DNA of 64,000 bases, taken from Candidatus Bathyarchaeota archaeon (GTDB lineage: Archaea; Thermoproteota; Bathyarchaeia; Bathyarchaeales; Bathycorpusculaceae). Positions 16,003 to 27,170 of the stretch are shown piece after piece. The stretch lies in the NCBI GenBank assembly GCA_963775895.1, contig CAVZKL010000009.1, positions 1 through 64,000 on the forward strand, given 5' to 3'. How positions within the stretch are numbered: position 1 is the stretch's first letter; each line of letters starts with the position of its first letter. The translations under genes and the position numbers were made by a program. Below the pieces are notes generated by a model. The model saw nothing but the letters and a program-made list of their open reading frames with translations, had not been told where the DNA came from and searched no databases.

Positions 16003-17784
16003 GTGCCGATTCGTCAACCGATCGTGTGTGTTCTTGGACATGTTGACAGCGGCAAGACTTCCCTGTTAGACAAGATTCGAAAGACAAGCGTGCAGGCTCG
16101 AGAAGTCGGCGGAATAACACAGCACATAGGCGCCAGCTACTTTCCAGTCGAAACCCTCAACCAACTAGTTGGCCCCATGCTGACGAGAATGAAGGGCGAA
16201 ATAGAAATTCCAGGCTTACTCATCGTGGACACGCCAGGACATGAAGTGTTCACAAACCTGCGCAGAAGAGGCGGAAGTGTCGCTGACATAGCAATCCTCG
16301 TAATCAACGTCCTGAGAGGCTTTGAAGCTCAAACCTCTGAGTGTATTGAGATTCTGAAAGCCAGAAAAACCCCGTTTCTCGTTGCAGCAAACATGATTGA
16401 TCGCGTACCAGGCTGGAATTCCTACCCAGACACACCCTTCTCAAAATCTTACTCCTTGCAAGACCCGTACGTCAGAGAAGATTTGGACAACAGAATTTAC
16501 GACATCATAGGCACGTTCTCACGAATGGGATTCAAAGTAGACCGCTTCGACAAAATCAAGGATTTCATGTCAACCGTCGCCATAGTGCCAACAAGCGCCA
16601 AAACCGGCGAGGGAATACCCGAACTAATCATGGTCCTCGTGGGACTGACTCAGCAATTCCTCAAGAAACAGCTGCAAACGACAGAAGGCCCCGCAAAAGG
16701 GACGGTTTTAGAAGTCAAAGAAGAACCAGGACTCGGATTGACACTCAACACGATAATCTATGACGGAGTCCTGTCCAAGGATGACTTGATCGTTGTCGGC
16801 GGTCGGGAAAAACCGATCGTGACACGGACACGCGCGATTCTTGTTCCAAAACCGTTGGACGAAATAAGGGACCCAAGAGACAAGTTCACCTCTGTCGACG
16901 TGATCTCAGCAGCGGCTGGAGTGAAGATAGTCGCTCCTGATCTTGAAGGAGTTTTGGCCGGCGCAACTCTCTACGCGGTTCCAAAACATGGAGATCCAGA
17001 GAAGTATGCGAAGTTGATCTCCGAAGAAATCGAGAAAATAAGAATCGCCACAGACATAGACGGAGTCGTCGTAAAAACTGACACGTTAGGTTCGCTCGAA
17101 GCCATGGCGGAAATTCTCAAACAGAACAAAGTGCCGATCAGGCTGGCGGACGTTGGAGACATTTCAAAACGGGATGTGGCGGAAGCATCAGCCGTCAAAG
17201 AACATGAGCCGCTGTACGGCGCAATATTGGCGTTTAACGTCAGAATCCTTCCAGATGCAGAAGAAGAAGCCGCCGTTCGAGGAGTCACCGTTTTCCGAGA
17301 CAGAATAATCTATCACGTGATAGAAGAATACTTGGATTGGTACAAAGGAAAGCGGGAAGCAGGGCTTGAACAGGACTTCGAAGCAATCGTGAAACCTGCT
17401 AAACTTAGAATTATGGAAGGTTACATATTTCGAAGGGCTAAACCCGCCATATTCGGAATCGAAGTGCTCGCAGGAAGCATTAAACCAAAATACTCGCTCA
17501 TAAGAGCCGAAGACGGTCAAGAGATAGGGGAAATCCAGCAAATTCAAGACAAAGGCGAGGCAATATCCTGCGCTGGAAAGGGAATGCAGGTGGCAATTTC
17601 CGTGGACAAACCCATGGTGGGAAGACACGTCTTCGAAAAAGACGTGCTCTACGTTAAAGTGCCAGAATCGCACGCCAAAATTCTGCAGACAAAACTTGCG
17701 GAAAGATTGACACCTGAAGAGCAGGAGGCACTCGGCGAGTATGTCAATATCATGAGGAAAAAAGTGCCCTTCTGGGGAGCATAA
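16003..17784 (+). CDS. infB: Translation initiation factor aIF5B (IF-2)
   Basis: IRQPIVCVLGHVDSGKT, GGITQHIGA, DTPGHE, DTLGSLEA. Confidence 0.97.
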   Translation: MPIRQPIVCVLGHVDSGKTSLLDKIRKTSVQAREVGGITQHIGASYFPVETLNQLVGPMLTRMKGEIEIPGLLIVDTPGHEVFTNLRRRGGSVADIAILVINVLRGFEAQTSECIEILKARKTPFLVAANMIDRVPGWNSYPDTPFSKSYSLQDPYVREDLDNRIYDIIGTFSRMGFKVDRFDKIKDFMSTVAIVPTSAKTGEGIPELIMVLVGLTQQFLKKQLQTTEGPAKGTVLEVKEEPGLGLTLNTIIYDGVLSKDDLIVVGGREKPIVTRTRAILVPKPLDEIRDPRDKFTSVDVISAAAGVKIVAPDLEGVLAGATLYAVPKHGDPEKYAKLISEEIEKIRIATDIDGVVVKTDTLGSLEAMAEILKQNKVPIRLADVGDISKRDVAEASAVKEHEPLYGAILAFNVRILPDAEEEAAVRGVTVFRDRIIYHVIEEYLDWYKGKREAGLEQDFEAIVKPAKLRIMEGYIFRRAKPAIFGIEVLAGSIKPKYSLIRAEDGQEIGEIQQIQDKGEAISCAGKGMQVAISVDKPMVGRHVFEKDVLYVKVPESHAKILQTKLAERLTPEEQEALGEYVNIMRKKVPFWGA

Positions 17785-17909
17785 CGAAGAAAGAGCAGCG
17801 CAAACGCTCAACTTCAACGAACACCAAGAAGACGAAATCTCCCACTTATGCACAAATCCGAAAGCGCACACTCATGGATTGCGCCTTCTTCCAGCACGAC
17901 AAGTTTGCA

Positions 17910-18852
17910 CTACTTCTTCGCTTCGAAATACTTGGCTGACGAAGCCACCAAATCCAGTATCGGTTCCACAGCTTCTCGACAGGTAGGTCTCATTCCACAG
18001 TCCGGGTGCACCAACGCAACCAACTCGTCTCCCAATGTCTCCTTGACGATCTCAAGCCTTCGAATCACTTGCTCAAAACTCTCCACTTCTTCCTTCTTCC
18101 TTACCTGCACTGAAACACAGCCCAATCCCAACTTCTTTCCGTTCGACACGAGAGACGACTTCGAAACCACATTCAAGTTTGCTCTTACGTTTGGAGCACT
18201 GAAAGCCAAGCTTAGAACAGACGCCTCCAAGCCCATGAGATCACGGTACAAGGAATTCGTCAGCGGACCGCAAACGTGAACAACGAGTCTGTCCTCGTCT
18301 CGAATTGAACTGGGAAGATCCGACAGCGTTTGGTTCACGATCTTGACAGCTTGTGAAGCTTCCATCACCCTTATCGAAAGACTTGGCTCGTCAATCTGAA
18401 CGTAACACCCAGTTTTCGCGACTTCATCTACCAGCGGTTTGAGCGCTTGCAGCAAAATCTGAATAAAGCCGCGTGTCTCTTAAGCCGTTGTAGTGCTCCA
18501 CGCCGTTGCAGGCGCACGCAAAACCCAGAGTGATTGGTCCAGTTATCGAAACCTTGACTCTGACGTCTTCTCTTCCTTTCCGTCTCAAGTAGTTTCTCAC
18601 AAAACGAAGATCCTGAAGCTTAACGTGGTTTTCAGGATTACTCGGTGGAAGAATCGCGGATTTGACGTAAGGTCCAGTCGGTTTCATTCCCAGCCCTGGC
18701 AAAGAGCTGAAGTAACTTATCATGTCTGTTCTTTGTTCGCCGTCCGAAACTACGTCCATGCCATGTTCTAGTTGAAGATCAACGGTCCATTCAATCGCCT
18801 GTTCCAATGGGAGGTCCCAGGGTGGAAAGCTGCCGACGACGGTTTTCAACAA
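17910..18852 (-). CDS. Core (C-terminal-domain-only) MetE-like methionine synthase, frameshifted near 18452
   Basis: TVVGSFP, SDGEQR, ITGPITL in one frame; QIDEP, HVCG, HPDCG Zn ligands in the next. Confidence 0.82.
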
Positions 18853-18901
18853 TTCTGTTGAGCGCTCCTACGTTTTTTCCGAAATGACCATAACAACTGC
18901 T

Positions 18902-19195
18902 TTAGCCGCCGCTGACGGGTGGAAGAATCGCAAGAACATCACCGTCTGAAAGAGAAGAATCCATCGCCTTGGCTCCAGATACGCTGCGCCCGTTCACGAG
19001 AAATTGCAGAAAGCCCTTCACCTCTCCGCTTTCTTGATCGTACACATATTCATCGAAGGCTTTACCGTACTTCTTCCTCAAGCGTTCCAGAACACTATTT
19101 ACGGTCACCTTTTCGCCCTTTGGCAACACAAGCGTTTCTTCTTTCTTCCCTACGATCTCCCGCAGCACCGTGAAGTATCGAACGGAGACACGCAA
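18902..19195 (-). CDS. MoaD/SAMP ubiquitin-like sulfur carrier
   Basis: [26 protein letters not shown] terminus; start approximate. Confidence 0.92.
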   Translation of the reverse strand: MRVSVRYFTVLREIVGKKEETLVLPKGEKVTVNSVLERLRKKYGKAFDEYVYDQESGEVKGFLQFLVNGRSVSGAKAMDSSLSDGDVLAILPPVSGG

Positions 19196-19408
19196 GATCC
19201 GATCACCAGCAATCAACACCGTAAGCCAAGATTTAAGCTGTTACACTCTAAACTCCGAAGCCAACGTGGGCACCTGATCGGACGGCTCGATCAACAAAAG
19301 AGAACACTGCCCATTTGGGGATCGAAAGAAGCAAAGGTAAGATTTATATTATCGAGCATTTCTGCTTATTTGCGATTAGTAAATTCTAGGATTAAATGGA
19401 GGGTATGT

Positions 19409-21064
19409 ATGGCTTACTTAACGACGACAGCCTCGGGACAACCAGTCCTGATCCTGAAAGAAGGAACAACTAGAAACAGAGGTAAAGAAGCTCAGAGAAA
19501 CAACATCACGGCTGCGAAAGTCATCGCGGAAGTCCTTAAATCAACGTTGGGACCACGCGGAATGGACAAGATGCTCGTCGACAGCCTCGGAGACATAACC
19601 ATAACAAACGACGGTGCGACGATACTGAAGGAGATAGAGGTCGAACACCCCGCAGCAAAAATGATGGTGGAGATTGCAAAGACCCAAGACGACATGGTGG
19701 GAGACGGAACAACAACCGCTGTTGTTTTGGCGGGTGAACTTCTCAAGAGGGCAGAAGAACTGCTGGACCAGAACATCCATCCCACGATATTGGTCAGCGG
19801 CTACCGCAAGGCGGCATTAAAAGCGATTGAAGCTATCAACAAAGTCGCAATGCAAGTTGAATCGGATGATCGGGCAACTCTCAAGAAAGTCGCCATGACA
19901 TCAATGTCAGGCAAAGCAGTCGGGAACGCAAGAGAACACCTGGCTGACATAGCGATTGACGCTGTACTGCAAATCGTAGAGAAGCGCGGAGACAAGAACG
20001 TCGCTGACATAGACAACGTGCAAGTCATAAAGAAAACGGGAAAGAGCTTGTTTGAATCGCAATTGGTTAAAGGCTTGGTTATAGACAAAGAAGTGGTTCA
20101 CCCAGGCATGCCCAAACGGGTAGAAAGAGCGAAGATAGCATTGATTGACACCGCGTTGGAAATTGAAAAGACAGAAATGAGCGCTGAAATCAGAATACGC
20201 GATCCAAACCAGATGAAGGCCTTTCTAGACCAAGAAAACAAGATGCTACAGGAAATGGTGGAAAAGATAAAAGCCTCAGGTGCGAATGTCGTTTTCTGCC
20301 AAAAAGGTATCGACGACATGGCTCAACACTTCCTTGCAAAAGAAGGAATCCTCGCAGCGAGGCGCGTGAAACAATCAGACATTGAGAAACTTGCAAAAGC
20401 CACTGGCGGAAGGATAAGCACAGACCTCAACGATCTAAAGTCTCAGGACTTGGGCATAGCAGGACTAGTAGAAGAGCGTAAGCTTGGCGAAGACAAGATG
20501 GTGTTTGTCGAGAAATGCAAAGATCCACGCGCGGTAGCCGTAATCTTACGCGCTGGGCTCGAAAGAATGGTCGACGAAGCGGAACGAGCGATGACTGATG
20601 CGTTATCGGTTGTGTCGGACGTCATAGAAAACAACAAGATAGTCGCAGGCGGCGGCGCGATCGAGATCGAAGCAGCTAGGGAACTGCGCAAGTACGCAAT
20701 GAACGTCGGCGGAAGGGAGCAACTGGCAATAGAAAACTTCGCGGACGCGATGGAAGTAGTGCCTAAGACGCTTGCTGAAAACGGTGGACTTGAAGCAATA
20801 GATGTACTCGTGGAACTAAGAGCGGCCCATGAAAAGCCAGAGGGGCAATACAAGGGAATAAACGTCTTCACCGGCAAAGTCGAAAACATGAAAGAAAAAG
20901 GCGTCATCGAGCCATTGATAGTGAAGGAGCAAGCAATAAAATCAGCTACAGAATCCGCGGCAATGATTCTGAGAATAGACGACGTCATAGCCTCAACGAA
21001 ACCGAAGGAAGGACCAGGCGGCGCAGGGAAACCACCAGGCGGCGGAATGTCCGAAGAAGACTAA
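19409..21064 (+). CDS. ths: Thermosome subunit (group II chaperonin)
   Basis: [34 protein letters not shown]; real start ATG 19409. Confidence 0.97.
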   Translation: MAYLTTTASGQPVLILKEGTTRNRGKEAQRNNITAAKVIAEVLKSTLGPRGMDKMLVDSLGDITITNDGATILKEIEVEHPAAKMMVEIAKTQDDMVGDGTTTAVVLAGELLKRAEELLDQNIHPTILVSGYRKAALKAIEAINKVAMQVESDDRATLKKVAMTSMSGKAVGNAREHLADIAIDAVLQIVEKRGDKNVADIDNVQVIKKTGKSLFESQLVKGLVIDKEVVHPGMPKRVERAKIALIDTALEIEKTEMSAEIRIRDPNQMKAFLDQENKMLQEMVEKIKASGANVVFCQKGIDDMAQHFLAKEGILAARRVKQSDIEKLAKATGGRISTDLNDLKSQDLGIAGLVEERKLGEDKMVFVEKCKDPRAVAVILRAGLERMVDEAERAMTDALSVVSDVIENNKIVAGGGAIEIEAARELRKYAMNVGGREQLAIENFADAMEVVPKTLAENGGLEAIDVLVELRAAHEKPEGQYKGINVFTGKVENMKEKGVIEPLIVKEQAIKSATESAAMILRIDDVIASTKPKEGPGGAGKPPGGGMSEED

Positions 21065-21290
21065 CCTCCCCATAACTTTTTTTTAGTTTCAAATCCATCT
21101 TGCAGTCTTTCGTTGCACCTTCTCGTCAGAACACTGTTTCCCATTTTTAGGGTCTATATGAGCTTCTGTGTTTCGTGTCATTGCTAGATTTGAGAATTGA
21201 CAAACCAGACTTGAACTGTCTGAAAGACAGGTGTGGCAAAATGAAAGCCGATAAAAGCCTGATTCGCACAGACTCTTTGAGGACTCGCGA

Positions 21291-22221
21291 ATGATAACAG
21301 CGCTCGCAGGCGGAGTCGGTGCCGCAAAATTTCTCCAAGGACTTGCCAAAATCGTTCCACTCGACAGGATAACAGTGATCGTCAACACGGGAGACGACAT
21401 TGATTTTCACGGCTTGCACGTTTCTCCCGACTTGGACATCATCATGTACACGCTCGCAGGCGTTGTCGACGAAGGAAAAGGATGGGGAATTAAGAACGAC
21501 ACTTTCAATTGTCTCAAGATGCTTGAGCAGTATGGGCAGGAGACTTGGTTCAATCTAGGCGACAAAGACTTTGCCACCAGTGTAAGAAGGACTTATTTCT
21601 TAAGAAAGGGGTTCAGCCTATCTCAAGCCACCGATTTTCTCTGCAAATCTCTCAATCTTGACGCGAAGATTCTGCCCATGACAGATAACGAGTTCCGAAC
21701 ATTCGTTCTTACGCGTAACGGTAGAATACACATTGAGGAATACTTGATCAAAAGACAGGCCAAAGACCAAGTATCAGGAGTCGACTTCGAAGGCGCTGAA
21801 AAGGCTGTACCGGCGAAAGGAGTCCTTGAGGCCATAGAACAATCCGAAGGAATCATCGTTTGCCCCAGCAACCCGATTGTGAGCATTGGCACGATCCTTT
21901 CAGTGAAAGGTGTCAGAAACGCACTGAAGAAGACGAAAGCCACCATAGTGGGAGTTAGCCCAATAGTAGGTGGTGCCACAATTAAGGGTCCCGCAGATAA
22001 GCTAATGCGCGGTTTGGGTTTGGACGTCTCTGCCTATGGTGTAGCCATGCTTTACAAGGATTTTCTTGACGGCTTCGTTATAGACACAGCTGGATGAGAA
22101 TCTGAAGGAGCGAATTCAAGGCCTAGGGATGAGAGTTTCTGTGACCGACACCATTATGAAAGGTCTTGATGACAAAGTTCGGTTAGCCAAAACAGTCCTA
22201 GAAATGATTGGAAAACAATAG
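21291..22221 (+). CDS. cofD: 2-phospho-L-lactate transferase, frameshifted near 22092
   Basis: LAGGVGAAK, VNTGDD, SPDLD, LGDKD, PSNP, KGPA; C-terminus DENLKER...TDTIMK...RLAKTVLE continues in the +1 frame. Confidence 0.92.
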
Positions 22222-22249
22222 AGAAAGAAGCGAACTGAGATCGACCAGT

Positions 22250-23014
22250 CTAACTCTGTCTGAACATATCCTTCTCTTTTGGCCTTGCAAGTTCCGTCGC
22301 TTTTGCTGTTTCTGACTTTGGATAACTGTACCCTCTGATGATGGCCACAGGAATTCCTTCGTTCGCCTGCCCTATGACAAGCTCCGCGGCAGATGCCAGT
22401 TCATCTGCGATGGCAGTCTGCTTTATTCTCAAGACATAACCAAACAGGTCCTTTTCTCCCCTTCTGTCCCTGATCGGCTTCAGACCTGACACGCCAACGG
22501 CAACGTTCACTTCACCCATCCTGAATGGGCGTCCATGCGTATCGGAGACAATGACTGCAACGTCACGTCCTGTAAGCTTCTTTATGCCCTGTCTGATCCT
22601 TCTAGCCGACAAGTCAGGGTCTCTGGGCAATGGCGCGACGTTTCTCGCTCCTTCAATGTTGGACTGGTCAACGCCAGAGTTAGCACTGACAAAGCCTTGT
22701 CTACTCTCTGTGATCAACACACCCTTTCTCATGCGCACGATGTCTTTCGATTCCTTAAGAATCACTTCGACAAGTGCCGGATCTTTTCCCGTCTTTTCAG
22801 CCACTTCTCTCGCCATTTTGCGTGGAGTTACCGTGTCAAGGTTTATGACGTTGCCTTCAGCTTTCGAAACAGCCACGTGAGTGACAACAAGAACGTCTCC
22901 GCTTTGGATTGAATTATGCTGTTTTTCTACCGCACTGCAGATGAGTTGAGCAAGGTTGTCTCCCTTTTTTATAAGCGGCAAACCTTCAACGGCGATCACT
23001 TCAACAGGATTCAT
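22250..23014 (-). CDS. cofE: Coenzyme F420-0:L-glutamate ligase
   Basis: VSKAEG, ANSGVDQSN, SDTHGRPFR, DELASAA. Confidence 0.93.
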   Translation of the reverse strand: MNPVEVIAVEGLPLIKKGDNLAQLICSAVEKQHNSIQSGDVLVVTHVAVSKAEGNVINLDTVTPRKMAREVAEKTGKDPALVEVILKESKDIVRMRKGVLITESRQGFVSANSGVDQSNIEGARNVAPLPRDPDLSARRIRQGIKKLTGRDVAVIVSDTHGRPFRMGEVNVAVGVSGLKPIRDRRGEKDLFGYVLRIKQTAIADELASAAELVIGQANEGIPVAIIRGYSYPKSETAKATELARPKEKDMFRQS

Positions 23015-23222
23015 GAAAAAATCCCTTTAGGACTATGATGTTCTGAACGCGTAGTTGTGCATCATAGCCAAGATTTAAAGCTTGTCAATAACGCAATTGG
23101 GCCGGCTCCTTACATAGCCAAGTCGCCTCATGCAAAATCGTAACAGTAAATGAATCTAAATATAGGCGCGTTTGGCGATAAGATACCGAGTCTGAAGCGG
23201 AAAATCGAAGGCGATAATGTAG

Positions 23223-23898
23223 ATGGTTGTTAAGGCTGTGATCTTCGATCTTCATGGTACAATAGTGGAGTACAAGGTGAATTCAAAAGCGGCACGCGCT
23301 GAAGTGACAGAGTACCTGATCAGTCAAGGAATTCTGCCATCCTTTTTTTCGCCCAGCGAAAGTTATTTTGAAGCACTTAACAAGCTTGAGGAATACTTGC
23401 GAGATAGGCCAATAGAGGGCAAGACCTATCATCAACTAAGAGACGCCGTCTTCAACATTCTGGACAGGTACGAGTTGGAGAACATAGCGTCTACGCGCTT
23501 GACCCCAGGAATGCTTGACACTCTTAAAACTTTGAAAAAGAGAGGGCTCAAACTCGGGCTGCTCACCGTTAATGGGCAAAAAGCCACAGATCGCCTACTT
23601 TCCAAGTTCAGGCTGAACGGATACTTTCAAGCCGTGATCACGCGGGAATCAGCTCCTCGACTCAAACCTCACCCGTTACACCTGGAAATCCTGTTGAGAC
23701 TACTGGAAGTCTCACCGCAAGAAGCGGTAGTCGTAGGGGACAGCATCTTCAGACATAAAGGTAGCCCATGCACTGAAAGCCTTGGCTGTGAGCGTCCTAG
23801 GAGGCATCGCGCAAAAGGAGGAATTAATTCGCGCTGGAGCCGACTACTTAAGCAATTCACCCGCAGACTTGGTCGCTCTGATCGAGAAACTGAGTTGA
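23223..23898 (+). CDS. HAD-superfamily hydrolase (phosphoglycolate phosphatase-like), frameshifted near 23748
   Basis: IFDLHGT, KPHP, VGDS, then in the +1 frame SDIKVAHA...AGADY. Confidence 0.85.
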
Positions 23899-24068
23899 CG
23901 GCAAAACCACAAGCACTTATTCACTGAACGGATGGATGATTTGGTAAAAGGCGGTTCGAAATCAACGTTGAACCTTGCATCGCTTCTCGAGAGAGCTCTT
24001 TTCGAAGGCGGACCACACAGAATTGACGGAACAAAAATATACTGCAAGCGCAAGTAGTCTAGTCCAGT

Positions 24069-24167
24069 GCTCCGGTAGTATAGTCCGGTCAAGTATAGCG
24101 GCCTCTCGACGGTCTCAAACATGGGAGAAAGCCGCGGACCCGGGTCCGAATCCCGGCCGGAGCACCA
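24069..24167 (+). tRNA. tRNA-Glu(CTC) with a 21-nt intron at 37/38 (24109-24129) and encoded CCA
   Basis: Acceptor stem GCTCCGG/CCGGAGC, anticodon stem GCGGC/GCCGC, BHB helix CTCT/GGAG, T arm CCGGG-TCCGAAT-CCCGG. Confidence 0.93.
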
Positions 24168-24187
24168 AAAACACGCGGCTTGTCTGC

Positions 24188-24477
24188 TCAAATGGCTATT
24201 CCGAAGGCTTCCGCGAACTTCTCGACTTTAATGAACTCTAGAACAAACGCCCTGCCCTTGTCGGTCAATTTGAAAACGTTCTCTCCGTCCACTTTCTCTT
24301 CCTCGACCAGATTCAACTCGATGAGCTGGCCAAGATGCTTCATCAAACGATCATAAGACAGGTTGGCACCATAAAGAATGCGCGTGGCCCGGATCTCCCA
24401 CCGTGTTTCAAAATGGAATTGAGGATGTCAGCGTAGATGCGAGCCTTTGACCGGTATTCCTTGTGCTCCCTACTCAT
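24188..24477 (-). CDS. Archaeal winged-helix regulator, frameshifted near 24397
   Basis: YRSKARIYADILNSI...GG, shift, IRATRILYGANLSYDRLMKHL..L...FKLTDKG. Confidence 0.8.
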
Positions 24478-25136
24478 GCGTCCTGCTCACCTTGGCCAGC
24501 ATCACTGACAGACAGAGAAAACCAGCTAGTTGGGTCACCTCTCCCACGAACAGCAGCAATTCTTCAAGAGGCAGAAACAGGAAGAAGACGTGGCTCAACA
24601 GTATGAGTCCAAAACCCAGAAGCACAAGCGCTGATTCGCTGCTCTTTCTGAGATGCCAGTTCATAAAAGTGCTCACGACGACAAACGCCAGCATCGTCAC
24701 AGCCACGAGTTCAAGCCATGGAATGAAAAACAACCTGTAAATTGGAAAGACCGCAGCAGCAGCCGCAACGACAGTTCCCGTTACCGCAGCTTTCTCGCCA
24801 GTAGAGTCTGGACTGGAAAACGTAAGTCGCAACAAAAAGACTGTAAGCCACCAACTGCGTTATGCTGTAAATTAATGCAACGAGGTTGATGAGACTGACC
24901 AATTGTGCACGGGCTTGGTGCCCAATCATAACGTTAATGTACGTGGCAGTGAAAACTCGCAGAAAAGTGCCGACCCCGAGAATTATGAAACCCCAGTACA
25001 ATAGAAAAAGTCCTCTCGCCGACGTTGCCCTATAAGCCTTCAACGCATAGTACCCGATGATGAAACTTATGAAACTGCTCGCGAATTCCATGATGACAGT
25101 TATCAGATTCAGCAATGGAACGGCCAAGTTTAGCAT
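24470..25136 (-). CDS. Multi-pass membrane protein, frameshifted near 24810; overlaps the start of the wHTH gene
   Basis: Two hydrophobic partial ORFs (24711..25136 and 24470..24835) join with a one-base shift. Confidence 0.7.
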
Positions 25137-25270
25137 TCACCTAGCAAAGAGAACTGTGTCAGTCGCTTCTTTAGGTTGTGTACGAATCATCTATCTTAAT
25201 CTTCCTCTTGAACAGCTGGGAAAACTTTAATTCTGAGGCACTTTTCTGTCATAAAGAACGAGGAAAAAAA

Positions 25271-26332
25271 TTGGCAGGACTCTCTCAACTCAGACTCGCA
25301 ATGGGAACAAGCATATTTCTTGTTGCCCTCATTTTCGCAAGTTTTCTAGCAATCATCCTGTTCATCGTCCAAGCGTTCGTTGTGGACATCGGACTGGCCT
25401 ACTGGGCGATCCTAATCGTAGGTCTTCCATTAGTTTTCATTCTATTCCAGTACCTGATCGGACCCGCGATCGTCAGAATGTCGACGCACCTCCAATACTT
25501 GGAGCCCGGCCAAAACCCGTGGCTCGAATCAACAGTCAAAGAACTGGCAGACAAAAGTGGACTAGTCATGCCCAGACTGGCCATAGTTCGCGATGAGACA
25601 CCAAACGCCTTCGTATTCGGAAGAACAGCCAAGAGCGCTACTCTGGCAGTCCATGAGGGCCTGTTGAAAAATCTGAACGAAAACGAAGTCAAAGGCGTCA
25701 TCGGACACGAATTAGGACACTTAAAACACAAAGACTACGTCGTCATGACGGTGATATCAGCACTGCCGTTGGTTGCCTATCTCATCGCAAGGGGAACAAC
25801 AACGGCGGCATGGATGTCAGGAGGCTCAAGGAAGAAAGGAGAAGGCGACGTTGGAGCCGCGCTGCTCGCAATAGGAATCCTTTCCTACGTCGTCTACATA
25901 ATCTCACTTCTCTGCGTGCTGAGACTAAGCCGATTGCGGGAACACTTTGCCGACGCCTACTCAGCCTACGTCACAAATTCGCCCGACAGCCTTGAGAGCG
26001 CATTAGCAAAGATCACCTACGGACTCTCGCTCTCACCGAAGGCACCGTCAGGCGTCAGAGCCTTCTACATAGGAGACCCTTCCATGGCAAAGCAAGAGAT
26101 CTCCGAGATAATGAGCAAAAAAGACGAATACGACCTAGATCACGACGGCGTGCTCGACGATAGAGAACTCGAACTCGCAATGGAAAAAGAAGCCCAATCC
26201 ACGTGGAAAACGATAAACAGCTGGTTCTCAACACATCCGCCCACGTTCCGCAGGATACTGCTTCTCAAAGAGATAGAACAAGAAATGCAGACTGGAAAGT
26301 ACACCAGCAACCGCGTCTACGCCCACGTCTAG
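25271..26332 (+). CDS. htpX: Zinc metalloprotease HtpX (M48)
   Basis: PNAF, HELGH, SRLREHFAD, STHPP. Confidence 0.92.
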   Translation: MAGLSQLRLAMGTSIFLVALIFASFLAIILFIVQAFVVDIGLAYWAILIVGLPLVFILFQYLIGPAIVRMSTHLQYLEPGQNPWLESTVKELADKSGLVMPRLAIVRDETPNAFVFGRTAKSATLAVHEGLLKNLNENEVKGVIGHELGHLKHKDYVVMTVISALPLVAYLIARGTTTAAWMSGGSRKKGEGDVGAALLAIGILSYVVYIISLLCVLRLSRLREHFADAYSAYVTNSPDSLESALAKITYGLSLSPKAPSGVRAFYIGDPSMAKQEISEIMSKKDEYDLDHDGVLDDRELELAMEKEAQSTWKTINSWFSTHPPTFRRILLLKEIEQEMQTGKYTSNRVYAHV

Positions 26333-26435
26333 ACGACAACAGCGCTATTTTATATGCGCAGGCAGACAAATACTACAGAAAATTCAGACAGCAGATTGAA
26401 TCAGACTTTGCGTTGGGAAAATAAGGGGTGAAAAA

Positions 26436-27134
26436 GTGAAAGTCAAGCTTCTTCGTCACACAGCAGACGCAGAATTACTGTGCGGCACTGCGGCGCTGAC
26501 AACGATAAAGAGCGGGAGACCCTCACAAATTCTGGAAAAAATAGACCGCGAAACAGCCAAAGAAAAAATCAAGAAAGTAACTGGTTATGGGCACGCATCA
26601 ATCATAGAACACGCGTCATTCACATTCAGCATTGAAGATGTTTCAAGAGCAATGACACATCAACTTGTCAGACACCGCATCGCCTCATACACCCAGCAAA
26701 GCCAACGCTATGTAACCTACGACACGTTGGCAAAGTACGTCACTCCTCCATGCATAGCCAAGAATGAGGACGCCAAGAAAGCCTTTGATGAAACGCTGGA
26801 AAGGATTTCCGAGACCTATCAGAAACTGCTGAAAGCGGGAATTCCGAAGGAGGACGCCCGGTTCATTCTTCCAAACGCCGCAAAAACCAATATAATAGTT
26901 ACGATGAACGCTAGGGAACTCAGACACTTCTTCAATTTAAGATGTTGCGCACGCGCCCAATGGGAGATTCGGGAAGTCGCCGTCGAAATGCTTAAGCAAT
27001 CGAAGAAAGCGGCCCCTGCATTGTTTGAAGACTGTGGTCCGACATGCGTTGAACTGGGTTTCTGTCCTGAAGGAAAAATGAAACCGACAGAATGCAACGT
27101 AATTGAAGTAAGAGAAAAGTTCCGAGCCCTGTAG
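26436..27134 (+). CDS. thyX: Flavin-dependent thymidylate synthase
   Basis: GHASIIEH, THQLVRHRIASYTQQSQRY, EDARFILP, AQWEIR. Confidence 0.96.
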   Translation: MKVKLLRHTADAELLCGTAALTTIKSGRPSQILEKIDRETAKEKIKKVTGYGHASIIEHASFTFSIEDVSRAMTHQLVRHRIASYTQQSQRYVTYDTLAKYVTPPCIAKNEDAKKAFDETLERISETYQKLLKAGIPKEDARFILPNAAKTNIIVTMNARELRHFFNLRCCARAQWEIREVAVEMLKQSKKAAPALFEDCGPTCVELGFCPEGKMKPTECNVIEVREKFRAL

Positions 27135-27170
27135 ACCCTTAATTTTCTTCATTGCATTGGCGCGATACAT

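Noticed and set aside
19004-19408. 135-aa N-terminal extension of the thermosome ORF
   Set aside because: It overlaps moaD on the opposite strand; homology begins at ATG 19409 after a GGAGG SD.
22095-22097. Selenocysteine or stop readthrough at the cofD TGA
   Set aside because: The missing C-terminus is in a different frame, so this is an indel.
24131-24190. tRNA-Glu as an integration site
   Set aside because: I saw no duplicated tRNA 3' end or adjacent integrase in the window.
23844-24191. 115-aa minus-strand ORF and 88-aa plus-strand ORF
   Set aside because: Both overlie the tRNA-Glu gene and are spurious.
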